In this document: piece after piece, positions 16,399-26,358 of the stretch
Layout: the number at the start of each line of letters is the position of its first letter
Position numbering within the stretch: the stretch's first letter is position 1
Virus record (IMG/VR): IMGVR_UViG_3300018080_000030
Location: 1-52,552 of that record
Source: a virus
Lineage: Duplodnaviria > Caudoviricetes
Direction: 5' to 3' (one strand)
DNA: 52,552 nt
Made by a program: the position numbers and the translations under genes
Notes under the pieces: model-generated
The model's database searches: none
What the model saw: only the letters and a program-made list of their open reading frames with translations
Told to the model about the DNA's origin: nothing

Positions 16399-17422
16399 GT
16401 CATTTACAAAGGCTGATTTCAGAGAGAAAGCTTGGAAAGATCACATATTCTTTTGTAATGAGCTGTTTCCTGAAGCGTTTTTTGTACCGTTCTGTGATGT
16501 GCATAGGAAGTTATTTCAGGTGGTGTTTGGTCCGGACCCTTATGTCAGCGTTATTGCCCCAAGGAAGCTGGGCAAGACACCGATAATCTGTTTTAGCTAC
16601 CCTATTAAGTTGGCGCTGTATGACGTTGAAACTTACATAGTCATAGCAAGTGAGACTATGGATGAGAGTAGGAGACATATCCAGAAGCTCACGAGAGCAT
16701 TGGAGTCCAATGAGAAGATTCATTACTACTATGCTAACCTCATTGACCGGAAGAACAGGGAGACTCAGAAGGAGTCAGTGCAGCTCTCGACAGGGCTGTG
16801 GTTTAGAGCTAAGTCCTTTATGTCACAGATCAGAGGAACTGCTGGTGATTGGACGCCACCGTCACTCATCATTGTTGACGACCCTCAGAGTAATAAAGAT
16901 GTCAAGACGGAGCGGTCACTTAAAGATGCGCAGAACTGGTTTGATGATGAAGTCATTTACTCCAAGGCGAAGAAGTGGAGGCATCCACGTCATGGAGCTG
17001 TGGGAAGTGGAAAGGTCAGGTTTCTTGGAACTTCCCTTCACCCGCAATGCTTAGCTGAGATAGTAGATGCCGACGAGAGGTTTGTTTCCAGGAGATATTC
17101 AATTCTGCAAAATCCAGAGACGGGGGAACCGGATACTGTGCATGGAGTGAGTATTTGGGAGGACATGTTTCCAACTAAAGAGTTGTATGCTGAGATGCGG
17201 AAAGCTGAAAGGGTGGGGAAGTTAGGGAACTGGCTTCAGGAACGTATGAACATGCCATACAAGTATGGAAGCAGGACTTTTGATGTGCAGGATATGAGGT
17301 TCTGGGATGAACCCGGGAATAGGTTTGACATTATAAATGATACGCCGGTGTTAGTAGTAGAAACGCCATTGTTATTTGATGAATATGAGCACAGGGAGTT
17401 TGAAGATGTTAGCACGGAATGA
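16274..17422 (+). CDS. terL: Terminase large subunit, ATPase domain only (start uncertain)
   Basis: Walker A APRKLGKT, QIRG, Walker B LIIVDDP, coupling motif GTSLH, and WLQERMN. Confidence 0.88.
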   Translation: MNKDRSGLQSLVEAVSKPPQQKPRSQVQPPLSQPPQLKLERKSFTKADFREKAWKDHIFFCNELFPEAFFVPFCDVHRKLFQVVFGPDPYVSVIAPRKLGKTPIICFSYPIKLALYDVETYIVIASETMDESRRHIQKLTRALESNEKIHYYYANLIDRKNRETQKESVQLSTGLWFRAKSFMSQIRGTAGDWTPPSLIIVDDPQSNKDVKTERSLKDAQNWFDDEVIYSKAKKWRHPRHGAVGSGKVRFLGTSLHPQCLAEIVDADERFVSRRYSILQNPETGEPDTVHGVSIWEDMFPTKELYAEMRKAERVGKLGNWLQERMNMPYKYGSRTFDVQDMRFWDEPGNRFDIINDTPVLVVETPLLFDEYEHREFEDVSTE

Positions 17423-17672
17423 TTACAGGTGTAAGAAATGTGGGAAGGTAAGTGAGTATTACGGAGCACCGCCATCCAGGTGTACCTGTGGTGGTGAGTG
17501 GGAGGTAGTGTTCACTGAGCCGGCAGAGACTATCACAGAACACGCAAGCACTGTACTCCATGTGATAGACCAGAACAAGAAACTGATGGAAGAGGTGTAT
17601 GAGGAGGATGCAGCTGCTAACTCTGAGGCTATGAAGGATTTAGAGAGTATTACTCATAGGAGTGTTGTTTAG
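17406..17672 (+). CDS. FmdB-like zinc-ribbon protein
   Basis: DYRCKKCG...CTCGG; GGGAG upstream of ATG 17406. Confidence 0.6.
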   Translation: MLARNDYRCKKCGKVSEYYGAPPSRCTCGGEWEVVFTEPAETITEHASTVLHVIDQNKKLMEEVYEEDAAANSEAMKDLESITHRSVV

Positions 17673-18020
17673 ATGACTACTGAGAACATAGTAATTAAGG
17701 CGCTGGAAGAGCCGGAGGAGCAGGAAGCAAGAAGTAAAATTATGCCTATAGTTGAAGTACCTGTATATGATGAGTTTGCTGAAGAAGGTTTCGAGGTAAG
17801 CACTCTTGGAATCGAGTATTCCCATCAACCTGATCCCCCAGACGCGGCAACTGCAACTTTAATGACGTATGGTTTTGAGCCTCACAATGCTGTGGTACCC
17901 TCTTTCAGGCAAACCCAGGAGTTTTATAGAATGGAGCATGAAACCAGAAGGATAGTGGGGCGGGAGTATGAACATAGTGACTTTGATGCTATAAAAGGTT
18001 TAGAAAAACCAGAAGAATAG
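17673..18020 (+). CDS. Hypothetical acidic protein
   Basis: Contiguous ORF with AGGAG upstream. Confidence 0.6.
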   Translation: MTTENIVIKALEEPEEQEARSKIMPIVEVPVYDEFAEEGFEVSTLGIEYSHQPDPPDAATATLMTYGFEPHNAVVPSFRQTQEFYRMEHETRRIVGREYEHSDFDAIKGLEKPEE

Positions 18021-18029
18021 GAGGACCAA

Positions 18030-18644
18030 ATGGCAAAAATTAAAGTGAAAACAGCTACTGTAGCTGAAGTCCATGAGGACATAGATAGTCTTCATGCTCA
18101 GCTTATTGCACAAGCTGAGGAGCTTGTGTCTGATGGGACTACACAACAATTAGAGGTATGGGACAAGATGCTTGAACGCGGCTTCTGGAAAGTTCCTGGA
18201 GCTGATGAGGGTAAAGCACAGATGCAGAAGTTCCAGCAGGCTAAACGTATGGGTGAGTTAGCTCTAAACTATAGGGATAAATACCCACACAACAAATTCG
18301 TAACAGTTAAAGGTGTGGAGTATATCTGTAAAAAGTATGCCCTGGTATACGGCCCTGCCCACAGGTTTGTGTCAGAGATTCCTGATAAAAATAAGCAGGA
18401 GATTGCTGACTTCAAAGTTGACGGAAATGATCGGGAAGATGTGGTTATGCAGGTTATTGGTAAGCCAGAAGACTTTGACCTAAGTGGTGATTGGGAAGTA
18501 CGGGGTTACAAAGTTGTAGACGCTGACCCCATCGTATTACAGCCAGTGCGTGGAGGGTTCTTAATCGTAAGTAAGTGGGGTGAAGAGGCTGACATCAAAG
18601 AAGCGAAAGGTGTGGGTCCGTTCAACCCGAAAGATGAATCATAG
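18030..18644 (+). CDS. Hypothetical phage protein
   Basis: RBS AGGAGG; C-terminal DPIVLQPVRGGFLIVSKWGEEA motif. Confidence 0.7.
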   Translation: MAKIKVKTATVAEVHEDIDSLHAQLIAQAEELVSDGTTQQLEVWDKMLERGFWKVPGADEGKAQMQKFQQAKRMGELALNYRDKYPHNKFVTVKGVEYICKKYALVYGPAHRFVSEIPDKNKQEIADFKVDGNDREDVVMQVIGKPEDFDLSGDWEVRGYKVVDADPIVLQPVRGGFLIVSKWGEEADIKEAKGVGPFNPKDES

Positions 18645-19344
18645 AAGACTGATAACCTTGAGAACGTTTACTGCGGCTGACTTGGCCAGCAGTGATAGCG
18701 AGACTTCAGATGATACTGTCGTGATGACCTGCGGGGTATCTAAACAGGGCTACCGCTTCTTTTTTGACAAATGGGTCTCGAAGGATGCGGAGCCTACGGA
18801 GATACTCCGTGAGGTTATTAGGCAAATGATACACTACAAAAGCTCCAGGGGCTTCATCGAAAAGAACAGGTTTGAATCGATAATGAGAACCTGTAGGAAA
18901 CTGGTGCAGAGGGGCTTTTATGGCGACCCGGCCCAAATTGGCAGGGTTATTCGTAGAATAAGTATGGTACCACATTATGGTAGAGAAGGGAAACAGAATC
19001 GTATCGTAGACGGTATCTCACAGGAGCTGAAAGCTCACATGCTTTACTTCCGTGGAGGTGAGGATTGGAATGACGTGCGTAATCAGATCCTGATGTATCC
19101 AGCTGTTTCATTTGATGATATATTGGATACCATTGAAATGTTGATCTCTAAGAGCTATGGACCATCGGTGGACGTGGTAAACCAGCACAGTCCAGCCGAG
19201 GATGTGTATAGCCGGCCTGACAACAAACCATTAACAATTAACGAGGTACTTGCACAGAAAAGGTATAATGTTTGGACAGGAGGCTTTGTAAATAATGGCT
19301 CAAAGAGACGAGAAGCCTGTAGTTACGGAAGAATCACAAAATAG
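18634..19344 (+). CDS. terL: Terminase large subunit, RNase H-like nuclease domain
   Basis: AADLAS...SDDTVV, FIEKNRF, KQNRI and DDILD motifs; directly upstream of the portal gene. Confidence 0.82.
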   Translation: MNHRRLITLRTFTAADLASSDSETSDDTVVMTCGVSKQGYRFFFDKWVSKDAEPTEILREVIRQMIHYKSSRGFIEKNRFESIMRTCRKLVQRGFYGDPAQIGRVIRRISMVPHYGREGKQNRIVDGISQELKAHMLYFRGGEDWNDVRNQILMYPAVSFDDILDTIEMLISKSYGPSVDVVNQHSPAEDVYSRPDNKPLTINEVLAQKRYNVWTGGFVNNGSKRREACSYGRITK

Positions 19345-21418
19345 TACCCCACATAAAAGTGATGAAGCTCAGAAACTCTATGATGAGTGTGCCTCAATCG
19401 TAAACTCCCCTAAGAGGCAAGAAAGAGTTACTCAGTGGAAAAGAGAGACTGGATTCTACTTTAATGCTCAATGGGAGAAGGGGGAGAGTGATGACTTAGA
19501 GGCAACAGGACAAGTAGACATCGTACTTAACACCCTTCGCAGGGCTATTAGGACACTGTTGTCACAGATGACGTTGAACCTTCCAAGCGCGCAATTCCTA
19601 CCGCGCCATATGTTACCACGATCAGCACAAGATGAGCAGTTTCTCGAAGAGATGAGAAGCCGCGTGAACTCGGTTTCTGGGCTATGGGATCATTGTTGGT
19701 ATATCAGCGGTGGTCCAATAATCACCAGGCGAGCAATCAAGCACCAACTTGTATGCGGACTTGGATACCTCGCCACCTACCTTGACCCACAAGCTGACTT
19801 CTATAGAGGTGAGCTGAAGTTTGAAAGCCGTATCCCCTGGGAAGTAGTAGTTCCACTAAACGCCTCAGATTTTGACTTTAATGATGCCCATAGACAGTTT
19901 TACCGGAAACAAATTACCCTTGGGGAGGCTGTGAGGATAGTAGGTGAGGGCCACAGGGACTTACTGAGGAACAACGCAATCGTATTAGTCAATGATCTTG
20001 ATCCGGATATTGGCATGTATGCCCCAGACGCTTCTCCGGTGTTTGCTATACCTATCACAGAATCACATGAGACTGACAAAGGAGATGATGACCTCATTAT
20101 TGAGTGGGTTGAGTGTGAGGAGAAGATAGCACATCCTGCGTTCCTGTATAAGGTAGAGACTTCTGATGTTGAGGTGGACACAATTATCTATGAGCCTTGG
20201 GGTGATGCCACCGATGGGGAAGAAGAAATCAAAGCCAGATTAAAGGCAAGAGGTATTAAAGCAAATATCAGTAAAGCCGATATAGACATACCAAGAGTTC
20301 AGCAGACAACCATCGCTGGCCGTGAGGTAATGGTGAGTAGGGAGTTACTACCTACTTCTCAGTATACATCAATACCAGTAATCGATGAGGATACTCATAA
20401 CCCATTATGTTATGGAGAGATATTTTTTGTAGCGCCGGCTCAGAAGCTGCTTAATAAGGTGTTTAGCCTGGCGATACTCCATCTTCAGACCAGTGGTAGT
20501 GGAGACAAGCTGATTGGTACAAAAGGCGCGTTTGGGGATACTCTTGAACAGGTAGAAGCTTTCCAGAAAACCTACACCAACCCATCGTCAGTGACTGAGC
20601 TGGCATCTGAGAACGTAGATGAGAAGAGCATTGGGGACATCATTATGCGCCTCCAAGCTACCCCGTTACAGCCTGCTGCAATCCAGGCTATCTCGTTGAT
20701 TACCAGCTGGATTGACAGGCTTACCCTGCATCCAATCTCATGGGGTGACCCATCCTCGGCACCCCGTACCGCAAGTGCGACGTTCGGTTTGAAGGAGTGG
20801 GGTGACGAGCCTTCCAAAATTCCAGCACTCCACCTCAACTATGCTATGCAGCGATTAGGGCAGACCTGGTTAGATAGGGTAGCGCATCACTATACTGTCC
20901 AAAAATCATTTGGTGTTCCGAATACTTATGGACAGATGAAGCAGTACATGATCAACACTCCGCAGGAAGGCGGGGCTATTTTAAATGACATCAGAGATTT
21001 CAAGGCAAACATATTTATAGCCAGCAGCAGTACGGTAATGATGAACAGAATGAGTATACTTATGGTGCTGAAAGAGTTGATGCCGATACACCCAGCATTC
21101 ATAAAGATGTTCCTACTGTATTCCGATATACCAGAAAAGTTTGAATTAATCAAAGAAATGGATTATACAAAGGGGCTGGAGCAACAAGTCGAGCAGTTTA
21201 TGCCGATGGTGGAGAAACTGCAACAGGAGTTAGCGTCAAAGGATGAGGAAACACAAAAGCTAATGTCAAAGGTAGAATTAACTAAACTAAAAGGTACGAT
21301 TAGTCAAATCACCACCAAGTACCGTGAGTGGCTCAAATACACACAAAAGGAAAAAGAGATGAGAGACCAAGTGATGCGGGAACAGGCCAGTCAACGAGTC
21401 GTAGGTGGTGGAGAATGA
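19295..21418 (+). CDS. Portal protein (P22-like)
   Basis: 707 aa following terminase; FYFNAQW...LN.LR N-terminal motif, GLGY, C-terminal coiled coil. Confidence 0.85.
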   Translation: MAQRDEKPVVTEESQNSTPHKSDEAQKLYDECASIVNSPKRQERVTQWKRETGFYFNAQWEKGESDDLEATGQVDIVLNTLRRAIRTLLSQMTLNLPSAQFLPRHMLPRSAQDEQFLEEMRSRVNSVSGLWDHCWYISGGPIITRRAIKHQLVCGLGYLATYLDPQADFYRGELKFESRIPWEVVVPLNASDFDFNDAHRQFYRKQITLGEAVRIVGEGHRDLLRNNAIVLVNDLDPDIGMYAPDASPVFAIPITESHETDKGDDDLIIEWVECEEKIAHPAFLYKVETSDVEVDTIIYEPWGDATDGEEEIKARLKARGIKANISKADIDIPRVQQTTIAGREVMVSRELLPTSQYTSIPVIDEDTHNPLCYGEIFFVAPAQKLLNKVFSLAILHLQTSGSGDKLIGTKGAFGDTLEQVEAFQKTYTNPSSVTELASENVDEKSIGDIIMRLQATPLQPAAIQAISLITSWIDRLTLHPISWGDPSSAPRTASATFGLKEWGDEPSKIPALHLNYAMQRLGQTWLDRVAHHYTVQKSFGVPNTYGQMKQYMINTPQEGGAILNDIRDFKANIFIASSSTVMMNRMSILMVLKELMPIHPAFIKMFLLYSDIPEKFELIKEMDYTKGLEQQVEQFMPMVEKLQQELASKDEETQKLMSKVELTKLKGTISQITTKYREWLKYTQKEKEMRDQVMREQASQRVVGGGE

Positions 21419-22697
21419 CAATCGACCAGAGGAGGACATATTGCCAATAACACTTGACACTGACGACAAAGGGAGACCAATTACTGGGATAAAAAGCGCA
21501 CTCCCACATGGGGATTTGCAGTCTTATGGTGACAAAGTTCACACTGTTGATGCTGAAGACGCCTTCGGAGACTTGGAGTTTGAAGACATCCCTGTCGGCA
21601 AACCTGAAGAAAATCAGGGGAATGGTAAGCAGCAACAACAGGCAGCTAAAGGTGATAACGAGAGTGCTGATGATGCGGCATCAGAAGATGAGGAAGAACA
21701 GCAGCAACAGCAGCAAGATGACGATGATGAGGCTGGAGATGAGCAGGGTACTGAAGATGCAGGTGACGCTGGGGATGATGAGGGCAAAACTGTAAGGGGA
21801 GTTAAGGTAGACATAAGTGAGGAGACTTACCAATACCTCATCAAGCTCCCAAAGGACCAACTTATCGCCAGGGGAGAGAAACTGAAGAATGAAGTCTCCA
21901 AAGTAGGCACACGGCTGGGGCAGCTGGAGAAGGTAGTGGGTCCCACTGTTATGAAAGCTCTGAATGATGGTGAGGATCTAACTGTGGTTAAGAATCTGAT
22001 GGCTGATCTACCTGACCCAGCATTTCAGGAACATATAAGTCATTTCTATGAGGAGCATCAACGTGGCGCTGATGGTAGCTGGAAAAGGTCTGCTGATTAT
22101 GTGCCGCCTAAGCCGGTGTTGGATGAGATTTTGAGGCTTAATGCCGAGAGAGATAAGCTGACGGTGATGGATTTCTTTGAAGGAGAAGCAGGAGAGTTTG
22201 ACTTCAATGAAGCACACACTTCTCCTGGCAGTAAAAGTGGCATTGCATTAAAAAAGTTTGAACAAAAGAAGGCGGAAATAGAATCCAGCTTACAAGAGTT
22301 GGCTTCAAGAGCAACGCAGGCTTCTCAACAGAGCGCAGTGTCTGCTGAGGAGCAGGTAAGAAAAACACAGGAAAATTGGAAAGCGTTAGAAGCTAAACAC
22401 CCAGAGCTTGTTGACCCGCACGTTAGAGCTGAATTCGTACAGTACCTGAAGACTAATAAAGGTAATCTGTATGATGTATATTTTGAGGCTTTTAGGGCAT
22501 CAAAGCATGGACAGAAGACTACGCGCACATTGGTACTGGAAGAGTTGTCTCTGGTCAACAAAAACCGGAGCAAAAAAACCAGACCTAAGCAGTCGCGAGG
22601 GACTGATAAACAGGGTAAAAGTTTCCATGACGTTGATCCTAAACAACGCGAGGTTGTGAAATCTGATGCTGATTACTTCGGTGATTATGAGGAGTGA
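21405..22697 (+). CDS. Capsid scaffolding protein
   Basis: Acidic/Gln-rich N-terminus and coiled coils; lies between portal and capsid genes. Confidence 0.65.
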   Translation: MVENDNRPEEDILPITLDTDDKGRPITGIKSALPHGDLQSYGDKVHTVDAEDAFGDLEFEDIPVGKPEENQGNGKQQQQAAKGDNESADDAASEDEEEQQQQQQDDDDEAGDEQGTEDAGDAGDDEGKTVRGVKVDISEETYQYLIKLPKDQLIARGEKLKNEVSKVGTRLGQLEKVVGPTVMKALNDGEDLTVVKNLMADLPDPAFQEHISHFYEEHQRGADGSWKRSADYVPPKPVLDEILRLNAERDKLTVMDFFEGEAGEFDFNEAHTSPGSKSGIALKKFEQKKAEIESSLQELASRATQASQQSAVSAEEQVRKTQENWKALEAKHPELVDPHVRAEFVQYLKTNKGNLYDVYFEAFRASKHGQKTTRTLVLEELSLVNKNRSKKTRPKQSRGTDKQGKSFHDVDPKQREVVKSDADYFGDYEE

Positions 22698-22768
22698 TGA
22701 CAATCCCGCACACTGTCGTACAAATGGAGGACGTGGATGAAGCTGTGTAATAAACGGAGGAATAAGGT

Positions 22769-24172
22769 ATGGCAGCGACAACTGTATTAGGATTGACGGG
22801 TGTGTCAAGAACTGATGGAGCTGCGCCCCCGCTACAGAACCGTAGAAAATATGATCGTTCTGACAAGATCATAATGAAGGGCTTAGCCGACGCACCGTTA
22901 CTCCATATAATGATAAAACGAGGCCAAAAGCGTGCAGTAGGCGACATCAAATACTATATGTTTGAAGACGACTACTTTGTGCAGTCAGGAACACTCAAAG
23001 GGTGTACGGCTGCTGGCGCCGATGCGGCCTTAACCACTGGTCTTCAGTATATGTATATTGCTGGAGACGCAAGTGAAAAGGGCAACACTTTATTACGGCC
23101 AAATGACATCATTCATATTCCTGCCTTTCAGGATAATCAAACCAATACTAAAGGTACTGGTAATGGAACTACTGACGGTGCGGTAGGTATGGCTGGTGAA
23201 GATGTTCGGATTCGTGAGTTTGTCACAGATAACGTAGCACTTGTTACCCGAGGCGGTGGTGAGGGGACACTTACCACAAACATCACAGCTGGTAGTGGGA
23301 ATACCTTGAAGTGGGAATACAAGGGTAATGCACTTCCAGACGCCTCTGCAAGCCCTGTCGCCAGAGCGCAGGCTATCGATGAAGACTACAACTATCGTCA
23401 GGTCATGCGACTCTCATGGGACGTCTCAGGACGTAACTTGATGCAGGACATGTATGGGCCAAGTGATATTCAAAGGTATGCTGTGAAGAACAGAACTCAG
23501 TTCCTGAGAAATCTGGAGCGGACATTCTGGACAGGTCACAGATACATTGCATACTCTGCAAACGGGTTGGAACAGTCAACAACTGGCGGTGCTTTCGAGT
23601 ATATAGTAGATACCTCCACTACTCGTAAAGCTGTATATGATGCCAGCAAAGACCTCCTTGAGGGTGACGCTTCTCAGCGAGTCTGGAAAGTGAATAAAAA
23701 CTTTGGACTGGATAACTACAATCGGTTTATGGAGAAGGCATTAAAGTACGGCAGTAGAAATAAGCTTGGTGTCGGAGGCCGAGAATTCTTGGTTACTCTG
23801 GAATCAATGCTACGTCCGTACTATGGCAGCTTTGACTGGGATGTGGACTCTTTCGGTTTTGGAGTTGTCATGGCAAGATGTTCGTTTGGTAGAATCCCGA
23901 TCGTAGTTGAGCAGGAATGGTCAGACTGCGCCGCGGGATATGGTTATTTCTTTGCATCCGTTGACATGGATTACATGTGGTATGTGTATGGCGCAGGCCC
24001 ATGTGCCATCAAGGGATGCGGAAATACCAATAGCGATGTACATTTACATCAGGAAATTCAGGGCAATGATGAAGCTCATCGCAAAGATGAGTTGTTTGCA
24101 GACTTTGGTTTCGACCAGAGATTCCGCAAAGCTCACAGCTTAATCGTAGCCGAAGCCTCAACCATTAGTTAA
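22769..24172 (+). CDS. Major capsid protein
   Basis: Strong RBS, position after scaffold; YNYRQVMR, LERTFWTG and TTGG pattern typical of SU10/DUF5309-type capsid proteins. Confidence 0.8.
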   Translation: MAATTVLGLTGVSRTDGAAPPLQNRRKYDRSDKIIMKGLADAPLLHIMIKRGQKRAVGDIKYYMFEDDYFVQSGTLKGCTAAGADAALTTGLQYMYIAGDASEKGNTLLRPNDIIHIPAFQDNQTNTKGTGNGTTDGAVGMAGEDVRIREFVTDNVALVTRGGGEGTLTTNITAGSGNTLKWEYKGNALPDASASPVARAQAIDEDYNYRQVMRLSWDVSGRNLMQDMYGPSDIQRYAVKNRTQFLRNLERTFWTGHRYIAYSANGLEQSTTGGAFEYIVDTSTTRKAVYDASKDLLEGDASQRVWKVNKNFGLDNYNRFMEKALKYGSRNKLGVGGREFLVTLESMLRPYYGSFDWDVDSFGFGVVMARCSFGRIPIVVEQEWSDCAAGYGYFFASVDMDYMWYVYGAGPCAIKGCGNTNSDVHLHQEIQGNDEAHRKDELFADFGFDQRFRKAHSLIVAEASTIS

Positions 24173-24183
24173 AGGAGGTCGGT

Positions 24184-24870
24184 ATGCCACTTAACACAAC
24201 AAAGCAGAACAGACGACGTGGTGACTATGACAGAAATGTCAAACGTAAGAAGATATTTGTCCCCGCATTGCCGTCAGGAATACCTGCTGGTGCAGTGGAG
24301 CATAACGGTACAACCACCACGACTGCTCTATTCTATGCCGTAGGTGATCAGGTAGCTGCTTTCGCCGATCTCAACAGTACCCGTCAGGTCTTTCCAAGAC
24401 TGGCCACACAGAACGATGAAGTAAGTATTAACTGGAAAGTACCTGATGACTACTATAATGGTGAGGACATGTTTGTCTGGGTAGTATTTGCCCCTGACGG
24501 GTGTACGACTACCAGTGCGCAATTATCGTACATAGTTTACTATGATGCTAAGAAGGTTGTGGATTATGGACGGAAGCCTGGTACCAAGGATACCCTTACA
24601 GGCGAGGCTGCTACAGAGGCAAGCACTGCAATGGATGATGCGATTGATCAGGACATCTACATGGATGGGCTTACTAAGTACGCGATGTATCGCGGTGAAC
24701 GAGGTAAGATTAGTGGGTCCAAGGTGCATGTGGAGGACTGGATGACCTTTAAGATTAAGTGTGATGCTGCTATCGTAGATAGCGCCGCTATGTCTATCGT
24801 AGGTCTTGAAATCGATTATGCATTGCGTTACCGCAATCCTGATGGTACAGAAATTTACTTTGAAGAGTAA
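24184..24870 (+). CDS. Putative virion structural (capsid accessory) protein
   Basis: Follows the capsid gene, beta-rich, strong RBS. Confidence 0.5.
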   Translation: MPLNTTKQNRRRGDYDRNVKRKKIFVPALPSGIPAGAVEHNGTTTTTALFYAVGDQVAAFADLNSTRQVFPRLATQNDEVSINWKVPDDYYNGEDMFVWVVFAPDGCTTTSAQLSYIVYYDAKKVVDYGRKPGTKDTLTGEAATEASTAMDDAIDQDIYMDGLTKYAMYRGERGKISGSKVHVEDWMTFKIKCDAAIVDSAAMSIVGLEIDYALRYRNPDGTEIYFEE

Positions 24871-24882
24871 TAGGAGGTCGTA

Positions 24883-25278
24883 ATGACACGATATGGAAGA
24901 GGTAGTCAGCATGGCCACGCTATGGACTCTACTTTACGGACACCGGCAGGGGGTGTTGGTAAGATGGTATTCGAGTTCGTTAAGGTAAGCCCCAGTAGCG
25001 ATACTGTGTACGTCTACAACAGAAACAAAACCGCCTACGGGCAGGACCCAACTGATGCGACGACTGGTGCGGCAATTGTGAACGACATTAAATATGTCGA
25101 GCACATCACCGTGACACCGTACATGGTGACTGGTGCGCCGTCCACAACTACCGCACAGAGGCCACCTGTGGTGAAGTATATAAATGGGCCTACGACACTT
25201 GCCCTTATTTACACGATGGGATTGGCTGCCGCTGGTGGCTCAGGTGTTACGATAGGCATCTTTGGTAAGTCATGGTAA
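24883..25278 (+). CDS. Putative virion structural protein
   Basis: Thr/Gly-rich, strong RBS, within the structural module. Confidence 0.5.
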   Translation: MTRYGRGSQHGHAMDSTLRTPAGGVGKMVFEFVKVSPSSDTVYVYNRNKTAYGQDPTDATTGAAIVNDIKYVEHITVTPYMVTGAPSTTTAQRPPVVKYINGPTTLALIYTMGLAAAGGSGVTIGIFGKSW

Positions 25279-25287
25279 ACAACAAAG

Positions 25288-26358
25288 GTGGAGCTGCTGA
25301 ACTATATGGCAGCTCCGCCGCAATTATGGAGGACCATTATGAGATATTGTCTTTATGCTCAACCGCAGTGGTTGATACAAAGCTATGGACTTAGTCCAAA
25401 CACTGTGACACCTATTAAGCATCTCGCGCTGCCAAGGGTGATGCACAGCGGTCTGGTAAACTGGATGAAGGTATTAGAAGGTGTAGCGTGTGTTCCTGCT
25501 AATAAGGAAATGTATGAAGCTGTGGATGTTATCAACGTAAACTTGCCTACCAGGAACATCGGCTGTATCAAAAAGATACACCAGCATCTTCGTGATTTAC
25601 AGATGAATGGTAAGGCTCCAATGGTTATCGCTAACCCTGATTATGCCGTAGAGATGTGGTGGTATGAAGGACGCATTGACTTGTTTTTGAAGGACATAAA
25701 TCTGGCTGATAAAATCTTCTGTGTACATCCAGCGATGAGTGAGACGTTGGAGGTGTTGCTGGAGAAGCAGGTGTGGACAATCCCACATCCAACAGATGTG
25801 CAGACGTTGCGTACTGAGTTTTTTGAAAAAAGATACAGTGACCCATTTAATTTCATCACTGTACTCGTCTTAGCCCATAGTTATGATAGGAACTATATTA
25901 TACCAACTGAGGTAGTGCAGACTATTCAGAATAACGATGCTGTGATGAGGACCGCGATGGTCGGTAAAGTCGGCAGGGATTCAATGTACCTTAAAGACAG
26001 GTATGACGAATACTATGAGGCAATGCCCTTTCCGGATCTAATGAACCTGATTAGTAGAGCTGATGTAGTTATCGACACATCGTTCTTTCACAGCTATGGC
26101 AGGGTTCCGGTAGAGTGTGCTGCTGTAGGAACACCTTGCATCACACACAACACAGTCTATTCTGGGAAGCTATTGTTCCCTGAGTATCAGTGTGATATTA
26201 TGGATGGGAAGCAGCTGTTTCAGAAGATCAACCAGGTGTTGTTTAATGAGCCACCAAGCAAGTCCACCCGGGAAACATACTCTAAGGAGGCTGAGAAACA
26301 CTTTGGCTATGAAACTTCACGTAGAAAATTTACCAAAATGGTAGAGGAGGTTATATGA
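25288..26358 (+). CDS. GT-B fold glycosyltransferase (GT4-like)
   Basis: SRADVVI...SYGRVPVECAAVGTPCI nucleotide-sugar binding motif. Confidence 0.78.
   Translation: MELLNYMAAPPQLWRTIMRYCLYAQPQWLIQSYGLSPNTVTPIKHLALPRVMHSGLVNWMKVLEGVACVPANKEMYEAVDVINVNLPTRNIGCIKKIHQHLRDLQMNGKAPMVIANPDYAVEMWWYEGRIDLFLKDINLADKIFCVHPAMSETLEVLLEKQVWTIPHPTDVQTLRTEFFEKRYSDPFNFITVLVLAHSYDRNYIIPTEVVQTIQNNDAVMRTAMVGKVGRDSMYLKDRYDEYYEAMPFPDLMNLISRADVVIDTSFFHSYGRVPVECAAVGTPCITHNTVYSGKLLFPEYQCDIMDGKQLFQKINQVLFNEPPSKSTRETYSKEAEKHFGYETSRRKFTKMVEEVI

Noticed and set aside
17423-18633. Group I or II intron in terL
   Set aside because: The gap is filled by three abutting ORFs; I saw no intron core, homing endonuclease or reverse transcriptase motif.
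21630-21730. CAG/CAA and GAT microsatellite
   Set aside because: It encodes the Gln/Asp low-complexity region of the scaffold protein with mixed codons.
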